Shown here in pieces: positions 1 through 13,123 of a stretch of 64,000 nt of DNA. The notes under the pieces were generated by a model that saw only the letters and a list, made by a program, of their open reading frames with translations, was not told where the DNA came from and ran no database searches. This DNA is from Octopus sinensis (lineage: Eukaryota): positions 29,760,001-29,824,000 of the forward strand of contig NC_043003.1 of assembly GCF_006345805.1 (NCBI RefSeq), in the 5' to 3' direction. Position 1 is the stretch's first letter; every line of letters begins with the position of its first letter. The position numbers and the translations under genes are program-made.

Positions 1-763
1 TTATTGTAATACTATTTTGCCTTTATGTGTTCCAACCCAAAAGGATGCTGCCATACTGAGACACTATCATTTAAAAAAATTGCTTTGCCTAATGGGAGGG
101 CATGATCCCACAATCCCAAGATTAAGAGTCTCATGCATTAGACAGAACACAAAGACACATACAAACAAACCATGTAAGTCAGTGAGAGAGAGAGAGAGAG
201 AGAGAGTCACTACACAGTCACTTGATTTGTTAGAAATAGCAGTAATATCTTCAAATTACACCTTAAGTCTTAAATACAATGACACCCACTAGGCAGTCAC
301 AACTGGAAGGTCTTTGATCATATGTCTGCTGGATCTGGGTTGACCTAGGGTTAAACACACTCACACACACACACACACACACACACAAAAGACAGAAATA
401 AGACAAAAATGCTACAAAATATAAGGGAGATAAGGTGGGGGGGTTCCCCCTCCCCACTTAGCCATTGGTAAGGGGTGTTAAAGAGGGAAACAAGGTCAGA
501 GGTGATATGTACTCTTCCAATTTAAGTGGCAGTGACACCAATTTTTGTCCCTCAACATTCAAAGGTGGGGCAGTGCCCATGATTTAGTACATCTTTTCAG
601 ATTTACTTTTCATAGGGTAACAGTCCTGAGGCAGAAGGATTGGAATTTTATTAAAAAGATGGTGAGTGGGAAATACAGCAAGGATGAAGAGAAGGCAAGA
701 TAGGTGGGTCTTGAAGGTGCAGGCTTATATGCATACATACCAATAGATATATACATATGATTA

Positions 764-957
764 CAGGTAAGTTCACTGCCATCAATTCATCGCAGGGAGT
801 TCACGACCATGAATTCACTGTGAGCAAAATTTACTGAGAAAATATATCCATAGAATCTTACAATTAATAGTTAAAAACTATTTTATTGAGAAAAGAAACA
901 GTGAATTGATGATGGTGAACTTTAGCTGCGGTGAATTGATGCTGGTGGATGTACCAG
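764..957. mobile_element. MITE with about 60-bp imperfect TIRs
   Basis: Left caggtaagttcactgccatcaattcatcgcag...gaattcactgt is the inverse of right acagtgaattgatgatggtgaac...ggtgaattgatgctggtggatgtaccag. The core is AT-rich. Confidence 0.6.
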
Positions 958-2133
958 ACATGTATACATACATATTTCCTTGAGAGTTTACACAGATGCT
1001 TCATCACTGCTATTTTAATCTCTTTCCCATCCTACTCTGATCACCCCAACTCTTCTAATATGTGAGTAGCCTGTTCTGCTCTGGCCCTTTCTCTCATAGT
1101 TTAATTCCTCAATTCCAAACATAAAGTTGCTTCTCTTGGGGCTCATAATTTTGCAGGCTGCAGTGACCTCACTTGTGCTGGAGGAACAAAACAAACCAAC
1201 TTTCATGTAAAGTATTTGAGAGATAGAGAATATCTATTTCTTTGGGGTCAGTTAAGTCTCTCAGGGATCTTCAAGTTACCCAATCTGCTCAATGTATTAA
1301 CAAAATCTCCCTTGGTAATCTGCTGCCTTTAAGATGGGAACCGCATGTTTTTCAAATTCTTCCCAATTCCACCTCCCCTCTCCCCATTATAAAAAAAAAT
1401 ATAATGACAAAGTGTATTAAACAAAAATAGCCATAGCTAAAATGTTATTGCTATTGCTGATGATGATGTAGTTTAACCCAGGTTCAACTTCATTCAAGCA
1501 CACCTATGATCAAAAGTATTCCAGCTATGAATACCTCACCTTTTTAGGGAATTGTCTAGAACTACATTATCTAAAAGTGTCCTAGTAATCTCTACTATGG
1601 TAGTAAGTACTTTTTCTTCTGACAATCAATACCAAACATGTGTATGTGTTTATAGATAGATACACATGCACACTATACTTTTGTTGAGCTAAACTGTTTT
1701 TGTTGAAAATAATTTTGAAAATAACGAATATGTAAGTGAAATAACTCATTAAGCTGCTGTTTGGAACTTAAATTAACATGAAATTTTGATAGCATGCTTT
1801 AATTTAGATCACATTAAAACAGGAAGTGTGCATTAGAGAACCAGAGATAGTCTCAAGCAGGTTGGTATCAAAAGGGCTAAGACTAGGGGAGAGGCATTTT
1901 GCTGCAATTTGTAGTATGTTGAATAAACTCAGAGGTTTCTTTGTTGACTCAGAATGCCAAGACAGAGATCATACCATTGCAAAGGCATGTTAGGTATACA
2001 TATTCAGGCTCTTGGGCCCATCTATATATGTAGTTGCTCAAGACTTCTTCATACAAGTGAATGGGAAAAGATACACACTACCATACTGAACATCATATAT
2101 CTAAATATTCTTTCTTTCAACTTGTCTTCAAGA

Positions 2134-2164
<31 letters not shown>

Positions 2165-2378
2165 CATGCATGTGTGTAATTTCAAAAGGGAAGGAAAATA
2201 TTTTTCATCCCCTTTGATATTACTCTTAACTGTGGCTTGGGCTTTCACTGCTCCTTTTAGCATGTGAGGTATCTTGTTAGGGTCACCTCTTTTGTATGTA
2301 AATGTACACTAATTTTATGTGAAAAATATATTGTCTATTGAATATTTTGAAAATTTCTCTACCCTATATATATTTTCT

Positions 2379-2413
<35 letters not shown>

Positions 2414-2808
2414 GGATGGATGGATGGATGGAAGAAAGAAATAGAAAGAGAGAGAGAGAGAGACGAAGACAGATAGACAAATAAACATAGGTAGGCATGA
2501 GGAATAGATTTACATGGAATACAAAAAAAGATGACATAAGAAAACAAAAAGGAACTATATACAATCTTTACATAAGACTTAAGATAATTCCTTTGCTTTG
2601 TTTTCTTTCTTATGTAACCACCCATGCTAGCATAGAAGACAGACTTTAAACGATGATGATGATAAGCTCGATAAGGATTGTTCTTAATAACTGACTCTTG
2701 ATGCCAAGGTGCTAGCCCTGGGTGAAGTGGTTTGAGTTTTAAGTTTTCATCCACTTGAGTACTGCACTTTTATCTATACCATGCTTACTTTGCCTTTTCA
2801 TTCATCTT

Positions 2809-3080
2809 GTGAGTGAGTGGGTGGGTGAGTGAGTGAGAATGTGTGTGAGTGAGTGAGTGGGTGGGTGGGTGAGAGTGTGAGTGGGTTGGTGAGTAAGTGA
2901 GATGTGAGTGAGTGGGTGGGTGAGTGAGTGGGTTGGTGAGTGAGTGAGAGTGTGAGTGAGTGGGTTGGTGAGTGAGTGAGAGTGTGGGTGGGTGAGTGAG
3001 AGTGTGTGTGAGTGAGTGGGTTGGTGAGTGAGTGACAGTGTGTGTGTGTGTGAGAGAGAGAGAGAGTGTCTGTGTGTGCG
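2809..3080. repeat. Compound (GAGT)n/(GGGT)n/(GT)n simple repeat
   Basis: Directly visible. Confidence 0.9.
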
Positions 3081-3095
3081 TATGTGTGTATAAAA

Positions 3096-3670
3096 TTTTG
3101 GTTAAATCACTTTCTTGATACTCTGAGTTTCGCCCTGTAAGTACACAAGATTTTTAAGCAAGTAACTTTCCCAAAGATCCTGTGTACCCACAGGCGAAAC
3201 TCAGAGAAGCAAGAGAGTGATTCAACCAAAATACAGTTACATTATTTACCTTCGACGGATATTTGTCCTCATCTTGTTTGTTGTTAACAACAAACAAGAT
3301 GAGGACAAATATCCTTCAAATGTAAATAGAGTACATAATTCCTTATCTCTTAAATATAGAACTGTATTGTCAAATCAGTACAGGGCCAACATTAGACTCT
3401 TCACATAGAGAAACTCCATCAAAAACTAGCTCGTCTTTCAAACCATTTAGCTTTCTTATGTAGATGTAGAGACTCAAAAGCTAATACCATCTGGCTTGAA
3501 TATAATGATACCAGTCAATTCACATAAAACTAAAAGAGTAGCAGAAAGGGCAGGACATGCCCTCGTCCATGAGAAGGTGTTAACAACAAACAAGATGAGG
3601 ACAAATATCCATCTAATGTAAATAATGCACATAATTCCCCATGTCTCAAATATAAAACTGTATTATCAAA
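3096..3670 (+). mobile_element. Penelope-like element remnant: inverted and direct terminal repeats plus an N-terminal ORF fragment
   Basis: About 3403-3578 reads HIEKLHQKLARLSNHLAFLCRCRDSK/LIPSGLNIMIPVNSHKTKRVAERAGHALVHEKV with one frameshift, resembling PLE ORF N-termini. Also a direct repeat at 3284-3375 and 3580-3670, a perfect 58-bp palindrome at 3257-3314, and an inverted pair at 3096-3155 / 3176-3230. Confidence 0.65.
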
Positions 3671-4289
3671 ATACAATTATTAATCTCTACTATGGTAGCA
3701 AGTACTCTTTCTTCTGACAATCAATACCAAATGTGTGTATGTTTATAGATAGATACACATGCACAGAAAGAAAGAGATGGGAGGGTGTTGAGTTTCTGTA
3801 TGTGCAGATACTATACTGTCCTTAACCTGCTGCACCCTCTCAGCATCAACCCTTTTGTACCCGACTTTTAGTTTCTGCATAACTCATTACTGTACTTCCT
3901 CTCACCTCTCTTTGCTTGTCTGCTTATTTAGCATTACTCTGCTCTAAACATTAAAACTCATATCTTTCTACAAGCATTTGGACTTACTAAAACTTATCTG
4001 TTTGTATATACTTTCTGCAACTATATATTATAATTTACAAGTTTTGACTACCGTGATGTATATAAACTCACGTTTACATAAACAACCAGATGATACAAAA
4101 CCAAAAGAGGTGTAAAAACCAAGTGTAATAATACTCACCCTGTCTGTGGATTTAACCAAAATACAATCTCTAAATTATCTATGTCACTTGAATTTTTAGC
4201 AGTCTATATGTAAAGGATATGACAACACCTAAATGTAACCCAACACAGAATTACAATGAGACATGACTATTTCAAGTAACAAGGCTAGC

Positions 4290-5560
4290 ACCTATCTTCC
4301 CCAAACTTTCCAATATTTCACTTTGCAGAGATACATTATATTCCGACCCCTGGAAACACATTTGAGACCATCCTATTTCCAAAAAAAGAAATCCCTCAAA
4401 CCTTACCAACTATCATTCTCTCTCACTTCCAATATTTCAAAGGTGATGAAAACGGCCATCAACAACCTTCTCTCACACTTTTATTCTCTCCTACCCTTCT
4501 TAATAACAACTAGAATGCCTTTCATAAATTCAAATTGACTGAAGATTAATGCCTCTGTCCCTTACCACTGGACTCTTTCTTCCAAGAAACTTGGTGAAAG
4601 CAGTGCTGCCACTCTAAACATCAAAGCTTTCAATGAAGTCTGGCACACAAATTTACTGTCAAAAGTACCTGCATTATAGGTTCAATCCAAATTTTATCTC
4701 TTAGATTGGTGGCTTCTTCTCAGCTACAACCCACACTCTAAACTATCATGATTCCGGAGGGTTTGCTTTTGACCTTCATGCTCTTTAACCTATACATAAA
4801 TAACTTATTTGCCATCATTTCCAGCAGTGCTGATTTCTATGTAGATTATATTACCCTTCACTCTTTGCAAGCTTTTTGCACCCAAGTTTCATCCATATGC
4901 AACTCAAACATTTCAAGCCAAATCTGTACTGACTGCATGAACAGAAACCTTGACAACATTCTCTAATGAAGTCATGTCAACTTTGTATCCTTCAACAACA
5001 ATAAAATCACTCCACATAAGAAAACAGTATCATACATCACCACCCACTTGTCAAATATGAACAATACTCACTTAGAACCCTCCTGATCTTTCAAAAACCA
5101 GGAGTCATTATCACTGAGTATTTGGAAAATGCACAACCTCATCATAGCAGAAGCTGCATCACAGACAAATCTTTCATTTCGGGGCCAGAAAATGTTTCTG
5201 GTCCCATTGATTACATTATCCCTCCAGAAATCTCAAGTGAGACCCACAATGAAATACTACTTCTACATCAGGGACAGTGTTGTAATATACACAAACATCC
5301 CAGACTGCATCCAAACAAAGGCTACTTTGCATGAGGTTACTCACAAAAATAATGTAGCCTCTGGTACATAGATTTGCTGGGGTTTTTTTCTATTGCTTCA
5401 ATAGTGGCTGGTACTTCTTGGAACACACTGATGTCATACTATCTCAATTCACAATTCACTTATCTCACCTCTTTTATCTACAAGTTCTGCACTAACCACA
5501 ACATCTAATCCTTGCCTCTTATAATGTCATCCCTCTGGAATTCCTTTCAATTTAGGTTTT
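4290..5560 (+). pseudogene. Decayed CR1/Jockey-type LINE reverse transcriptase fragment
   Basis: Fragmented motifs: LTSNISKVMKTAINN, aaagctttcaatgaagtctgg (KAFDxVW), PEG..LFNLYINNL, FYVD (YADD-like). Many stops and frameshifts. Confidence 0.75.
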
Positions 5561-5964
5561 TCCTGTAGCTGTTGACTTGTAACAGTTTAAGCACAATGAT
5601 AATGACCTCAATCTTGGAGAGTGTGCAAAGGCTATTGGCATAAGCAAAAGCATCCACCAGTAGAAATCATGCCAAAAATGACATTGGAGCTCAGCACAGT
5701 CCACTAACCCATCAGTTCATGTTGAACCCAAGCCAGCATGGAAAATGGCCATTAACTGACAATGATGACATTGTTATACAAAATTCTCTTTGCCTTTATA
5801 CATACATACCCCACAAGTCACACAAAGCAGTATTGAATAAAATATATGTATATAGTCATATTTAACATAGTTGTGTACACTTGTACATGGAAAGACCTTT
5901 CATCGCAATAACATTCTCAGGAGAAATTCTTCCTCATAGACAATTATATGTGAAAACACATTGC

Positions 5965-6335
5965 GCTATGACTGTACCAACCACACAGTTCCGGGTTCAG
6001 TCCCACTGCATGGCACCTTGGGCAAATATCTTCTACTGTAGCCTTGGGCCAACCAAAGCCTTGTGAGTGGATATGGTAGATGGAAACTGAAAGAAGCCTG
6101 TCGTAAATATGTATATATATATATATATGTGTGCGTGTATGTTTGTGTGTCTGTGTTTGTCCCATCCAGCATCGCTTGAGAACCGATGCTGGTGTGTTTA
6201 TGTCCCCGTCACTCAGCGGTTCGGCAAAAGAGACCGATAGAATAAGTACTGGGCTTACAAAGAATAAGTCCCGGAGTCAAGTTGCTCGACTAAAGGCGGT
6301 GCTCCAGCAAATGACTGAAACAAGTAAAAGAGTAA
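5965..6335 (+). mobile_element. tRNA-derived bipartite SINE, 5'-truncated
   Basis: B box ggttcagtccc, central (TA)/(GT) tract, and tail gactgaaacaagtaaaagag shared with the other copies. Confidence 0.85.
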
Positions 6336-8221
6336 TATATATTATTCAATGTTGCTTCATGTGATTTGAGTTTATTCCAGCTGAACCAAGCTTTACACAC
6401 ATAAGTAAATATATTATTTGCAGTTCTGATATATAAGTATTCTCATTTATATAGGGCTGTGAAGGATGGAATCAGTATTTATAGCTGGCAACATGCAACA
6501 ATGCCAAAATGTATGTCCTGTGATCCACTGGTGTCATTCATAGCCCAATGCATTTTCACACATTATCTGTGAGAAATTTCTCCTGAGACTATTTCAACAG
6601 TAAAAGGGCTTGCCATGTTTGAGTGTAGACTAACACATTAAATATGATTGTATATGCACACACACACACAGATATATACATGCACACACTGTTGTACAAA
6701 ATACTCTATAGCTAAATATATTACAACTTCAAGCTAATAGGAATTTCCTTTAATAGAAGCCTACCCATTCCTGTGAGCCCACCATACTACCCTAGTGGCA
6801 TACTTACCTTTAACACAATGTTCACACTATATATTCAGTCAAGCTTTCTCTCTCACTCACACAGACACATACATGTACATACAGATAATATACAGTATCA
6901 TTACAGACATGTGCACACACATGAAAAGATACATACAGACACAAATGTTTATACACACACACACACACACACACACACTTGTATACATATGAACACCCAT
7001 ACACATGTACACATACAAGATCACAACAGATATGTATACACATAAAACATGTGCAGACACAAAGATGTGTACACGTATGTACACACGCACGCATACACAC
7101 ACACACAGCATAAAAAATGCTACAGTCTTTATCAAGTAGAACTGATGAATATTTCAAAATTACCTGTTTCCTTTGAAAATTGAATATATTGAGGACAAGT
7201 GGAGAGGAGGACAGACAGAGTGACAGTGAAGAAACCTAGTGCGGAATTGGTATAACACCACCACAGTTATTAGATTTCATTACCAGCAGGAAGCTATTGA
7301 AAGGTCACTGTTACTAAAGAGGAGGATGTTGACTGAAAAAGCATGCAACTACTCAGTTCAGCTCAGACACACTCATCTTACATACTCATACACACACACA
7401 CATAGACACATATGCAGAAATACTGATACATGTAAACACTTACACATAAGTTTACTTTCTTATGCAAATTTACAAACAGAAACTTGCATATGCAAACTTG
7501 AAAACACATGTACGAAATTAAAAACATACCCATGCCTTCACACGCACACACTAACCTACACAACTGTAAACAAATTTGCACATATACAAAAACGTAAAAG
7601 CACATACAGACACAAATTCACACGTATACACACAAACATACATTCTTACACATAGTTAGAGAAGGAGAGAGAGAGGTGAGGGGGAAGAATAGGGAGTCTG
7701 TAAAAGGAACTGCTAGTGAATCCTACTTGGCACACATGTCTGCTGGGATTCAGGGAGCAGAACATATCTGCACTAGGATGGAACTTTTTCTCAGTTGCTA
7801 CCACTTGGCATGTACCCAACAGCTTGTTGCAAACTTCACCACCATTATTAATATTACCACCACTATCACGACTATTGTCATGATCACCACCACCACCACC
7901 ATTAGCTCCACCAGTGTATGTGTGTGTGTATCCAAGAGTGTGTCTGAGCTGAATTGAACATCAGCACCTCCAAAAAAACATGACCAGAACCTACCACCAC
8001 TACCACTACCCACCTGACTACTGTTAAGTTACCTGAAATATCTACCTTGTATAAATCTATTTATGTCGTTACCCTTCTGGTTTATTTTAATAAATTCTAG
8101 GAAATCTATGAGGGTTTTAGGGCTTCTTTTTGTGGAAACATAGGGGGGGTTCTTAACAAGTTGGGGTGGGTTCTTAATAAGTTGTACAAAGAAGTCTTTT
8201 AAAATCTTAATGGAAGTTTTA

Positions 8222-8600
8222 TTCTTTTATTCTTTTACTTGTTTCAGTCATTTGACTGTGGCCATGCTGGAGCAAAACCATAAAGGGTTTTTTCAGTTGA
8301 AGAAATCAACCTCAGGACTTATTCTTTGTAAGCCTAGTACTTATTCTATCAGTCTCTTTTGCTGAACTGCTAAGTTATGGGGATGTAAACACACTAACAC
8401 TGGTTGTCAAGCAATGGTGGGGGGACAGAGACGCAAAGACACACAGACATAAATATATATATATATATATATATATACACAACAAGCTTCTTTCAGTTTC
8501 TGTCTACCAAATCCACTCACAGGATTGGCCAGTCTGAGGCTATAGTAAAAGACACTTGCTTAAAGTGCCATGCAGTGCGATTGAACCAGGAACCATGTGG
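8222..8600 (-). mobile_element. tRNA-derived bipartite SINE
   Basis: Reverse complement of the same family. Confidence 0.8.
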
Positions 8601-9040
8601 TTGGTAAGCACACAAAGCTTGCTTAAAATACAACACAGTGAGAGTAAAACTATGCAGTTACCAAGTGAACTTTCAACACACCATTGTCGTGCAGTTAAGA
8701 AGTTCATTTCTTGATCATGTGCTTTCAGGTTCAATTCTCACTACACAACACATTGGGCATGTGTCTTCTATAGCTCAAAGCCAATCAAAGTATTCTAAAT
8801 AGTTTTGATAGAGGGAAACTGAAGGAAGCCTTATTATATGTATATGCACATTATACATATACATTTATTATTATTATTATCATTGAGTGAGCGAGCAGAG
8901 CATGCCATCAAAGTGACACTGGGGTAAAATATACGAAGCCCAGTATACCCATCATGACTACCCGTCTGATAAGGGTACACCAGGCACATGCATCACAACC
9001 ATATGTGCGCGACATGGTGATCTCATATCAAGATTTATTA

Positions 9041-9075
<35 letters not shown>

Positions 9076-9356
9076 TCACTTGGACATAGCAATACTAATA
9101 ACCTGGTGTTAGAACTCAATATACATATGCTTCAGAACAAAGTACCACACAAGTATAGGGCAGTAATAGCAAATTAAAATGACAAAGAAGCAAGAAATTA
9201 TGCCATGAACTTCATTAGCCTACAATGAATCTATATGGTGAGTGATACACAGGCATTCAACTATGAGTGCATTGCATCATTTCTGTAAGCTAATGAAGTT
9301 CATGACATAACATCTTGTTCTTTAGTCATTCCTTTATATTTACATATATATATATA

Positions 9357-9397
<41 letters not shown>

Positions 9398-9407
9398 GGG
9401 GGGGGAG

Positions 9408-9668
9408 TCAAGGTAAAAAATGCTAAAATAATTTTAGAAAAAACATTTCAGTACTGATTTCAGTCATGGAGACCTTTTCAACTTAAGTATGGAAAACAAT
9501 TAAATTTTGGAAAAATTAAAAGAAAAGCTTTTTTTAAATGAATATTTGCATAGTGTTCAAATACAAGTGGCATTTTCCTTGTTTCTGTCTCTCTTGTTTA
9601 CTCTTGTGGGTTCGAGGTTGTTGTGAATTCACAACTACCTCGAACCCACAAGAGTAAACAAAAGAGAC
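9408..9668 (-). mobile_element. Penelope-like terminal-repeat fragment ending in an 82-bp fold-back palindrome
   Basis: 9408-9550 is homologous (inverted) to 56400-56545. It has a hammerhead-like motif at 9446-9488 and a palindrome at 9587-9668 (41-bp arms, 2 mismatches). The PLE assignment is inferred. Confidence 0.5.
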
Positions 9669-9717
9669 ATACATATATATACACATATATACACACACAC
9701 ACACATATATATATATA

Positions 9718-9905
9718 TTTTTACTCTTTACTCTCTCTTTTACTTGTTTCAGTCATTTGACTGCGGCCATGATAGAGCACCGCCTTTAATCAAGCAACTC
9801 GCCCCCGGGACTTATTCTATCGGTCTCTTTTGCTGAACTGCTAAGTAACGGGGACATAAACACACCAGCATCGGTTGTCAAGCAATGCTAGGGGGACAAA
9901 CACAG

Positions 9906-9942
<37 letters not shown>

Positions 9943-10328
9943 CGACAGACTTCTTTCAGTTTCCGTCTACCAAATCCACTCACAAGGCATTGGTCAGCCC
10001 GGGGCTATAGCAGAAGACACGCAGTGGGACTGAACCCGGAACCATGTGGTTGGTTAGCAAGCTACTTACCACAGAGCCACTCCTGCGCCTATATATATAT
10101 ATACTCTCTCTCTCTCTCTTTTACTCTTTTACTTGTTTCAGTCATTTGACCGCGGCCATGCTGGAGCACCGCCTTTAGTTGAGCAAATCGACCCTGGGAC
10201 TTATTCATTGTAAGCCCAGTACTTATTCTATCGGTCTCTTTTGCCGAACTGCTAAGTGACGGGGACGTAAACACACCAGCATCGGTTGTCAAGCAATGCT
10301 AAGGGGACAAACACACACACATACACAC

Positions 10329-10368
<40 letters not shown>

Positions 10369-10520
10369 GACGGGCTTCTTTCAGTTTCCGTCTACCAAAT
10401 CCACTCACAAGGCATTGGTCGGCCCGGGGCTATAGCAGAAGACACTTGCCCAAGATGCCACACAGTGGGACTGAACCTGGAACCATGTGGTTGGTTAGCA
10501 AGCTACTTACCACACAGCCA
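9718..10520 (-). mobile_element. Two tandem tRNA-derived bipartite SINE copies (about 9718-10090 and 10110-10520)
   Basis: Two consecutive reverse-complement copies with many CpGs intact. Confidence 0.9.
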
Positions 10521-12090
10521 CATATATATTTATTGAAAAAGGCATACAAAATGTAAACATTCATAGCAGAAGATTCATTTAATGTCAGAATATGCTTTTA
10601 CAGAAAAAATAAGGGCTTAAATATAATGAAGTTGACTTTCATTTATGCTGGACAGTATAATGCTTACTTTTTCTGTATAAATTTACTAAAACCATTAAAT
10701 GGTTAGCTACCTTTTTAACTGGTAATCACGGTCTGGGCTATATTTTACTTAGCTGAGTAAAGTGTCATCCAAGCTGATGTTTATTGGTAATTGAACTTGA
10801 TTTGCAACAGCTGGCATATTTATTAGATTTGTTTTTGTTGATAATTCCTATCAACAAATTTTCCTGTGATCCTGATTTGAGAAGACATACAGCAGTATGC
10901 TAAAGGTCGGCCCATAATCTCTTGTGGGCAAGAAATGTAAAATCAAGTTTATTATAAACAACACAAACACTTTGTAATTTAATAGCTTTTAATGTGAGCG
11001 GAGGTAAAGAATATGAACACCTGGTGTTTAGGGTTAGGGTTAAGCCAAAAACAATTGGTATGCATAATCTTTACCTCTGCCTTTAATGTGATACCTGTTA
11101 AACAGAAATTATTTTTATATAATGAAAATTTGATATAATCTAATCATAAGTAAGTGAAATTATGCTAAATACAACTAAATTGAAAACCTTTTACCCCTGG
11201 CCATATTGGCAATTCTGAAAACTTTTGGGTGCAAATTTTACATGAAGCTTTTTTTTAAACAATTTTTATCCTGAAAATCACCTGCATAAATTACATAGGT
11301 ATACAAATTACATGGGTTTTTATGGCATATATGTATGTGTGTGTATGCAACATATAATATAATTAAAACATTTGCCATTGGGGTCTTTACTCTCAGATCA
11401 TTTTATATGTTACATGTTTGACTGATCAAAATGTGAGAGTTTACAAGAAGCAAGCAGTGTTCTGAGTGGTAATGCAATCTTTTCATACCACTTGGGTATG
11501 CTAACATACAAACCTGTACAAAAAAAGTGACTGAGGTTTCCAAGTTAAAATTACCCTCATTAACACTTATGCACTGACAGCACCTACTGACTGACATTCA
11601 CTGAGGATAATCTTATTCATTTTTGAATAATAACCAACAGCGCGTGTGTGTGTACACATATATATGCTTACAATGTAGCAAGTGAAAGTGTATATGAAAC
11701 AGAGTCACAATAACAATAAAAGCAACATATCACGTTCAGAACAGTGTGTAAACCAAAAAAAGTCTATGCACCTAAACTTCCAAAAGAAAACATATCACTA
11801 AATATCAATAGTAACTAATTACAAAATTGTGGGTCCAGCTATCAACTCATTTCAATGCGTTTCTATATCTTTTAATCCCAACTTTGTTCAGTTATAGTCA
11901 ATAGTTTACTTCTGGATCAAACTTAACTCCTTTAAGTCAATCCAATATCAATGCTGTATTCCAACGGAGATATTTCAGGCATGGGTGGGTGGTTAAGAAA
12001 GTTTGCCTTACGACCAAATAGTTGCAGATTCAGTTCCACTTCCTGGTACCCTGTGAGTGAATTTGGTACATGAAGACAGTAAAGAAACCA

Positions 12091-12129
<39 letters not shown>

Positions 12130-12904
12130 TGTAAAAAAGATTCGAGTGAGGCTGCCAGTACCGTCTGACTGGCCCTCGTGCCAGTGGCATGCAAAAGCAC
12201 CCACTACACTCTTGGACTGGTTGGCGTTAGGAAGGGCATCCAGCTGTAGAAACTCTGCCAGATCAAGATTGGAGCCTGGAGCAGCCATCTGGTTCGCCAG
12301 CCCTCAGTCAAATCGTCCAACCCATGCTAGCATGGAAAGTGGACGTTAAATGATGATAATATATATATATATATAATGTATAAAGGTGCATGGCCCAGTG
12401 GCTAGGGTGTTGCATTCACAATCATGAGATCATGATCTCACTTCCAAGGCTGGTAGTGCATTGAGTTCTTGAGCAAGACATTCCTTTTCACATTGCTCCA
12501 GTTCACTTGTAAATAGGTAAGCTTGTGACAGACTGGCATTCTGTTCAGGGTGAATGTTGGCCTGCCCACTTAGCCAGCAGGGTAGCATCATTCAAAAACT
12601 AAAGCAATAGCACTGTATGACAACATCTGATTGTCTAGTCGATATCCTGACTGTGATATATATATATATATATATATGGATCTTCATCAGAATTTCTGAC
12701 CAGTTATTCCATCAACTGAACAACCAAGTTCATTAACAGTTGTTGAGTATTCCACAGATACATGCACCTTTAATGTAATTATCAAGCTTTATCTGATCCA
12801 TGCAAGCATAGAAAAGAAGACATTAAAAGAATGAAGATTATAATTTTGATTTTTAAAAAATATTTGGAGGAGTTAAAATTCATCTCACAATAACTTAGGT
12901 CAGC

Positions 12905-12945
<41 letters not shown>

Positions 12946-13052
12946 CAAAATATGAGTGATTGTTTATATTTAGTTACATCATTTTATGTATATTTCATTA
13001 ACATAAGGGGATCAGTAATTACATAATGTTTATTAAAAGTTTAAATTCAACT

Positions 13053-13053
<1 letters not shown>

Positions 13054-13119
<66 letters not shown>
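13054..13119. repeat. (GT)n microsatellite, one of very many (TA)n/(CA)n/(GATA)n tracts
   Basis: Directly visible. Confidence 0.95.

Positions 13120-13123
<4 letters not shown>

Noticed and set aside
4138-4202. Possible 65-nt minus-strand exon (TAKNSSDIDNLEIVFWLNPQTG) with a GTGAGTA donor
   Set aside because: Phase is incompatible with exon 1 and it has no recognisable SLAIN motif; it cannot be supported without RNA data.
7164-7332. Minus-strand segment with a good acceptor and donor
   Set aside because: Stops in all three frames and no SLAIN similarity.
11028-11044. TTAGGG TTAGGG TTAAG telomere-like repeat
   Set aside because: Only about 2.5 units, too short to call an interstitial telomere.
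11400-11514. Acceptor followed by a LYVSIPK-like frame
   Set aside because: Joining to the phase-2 donor gives an immediate stop (G TTT GTA TGT TAG).
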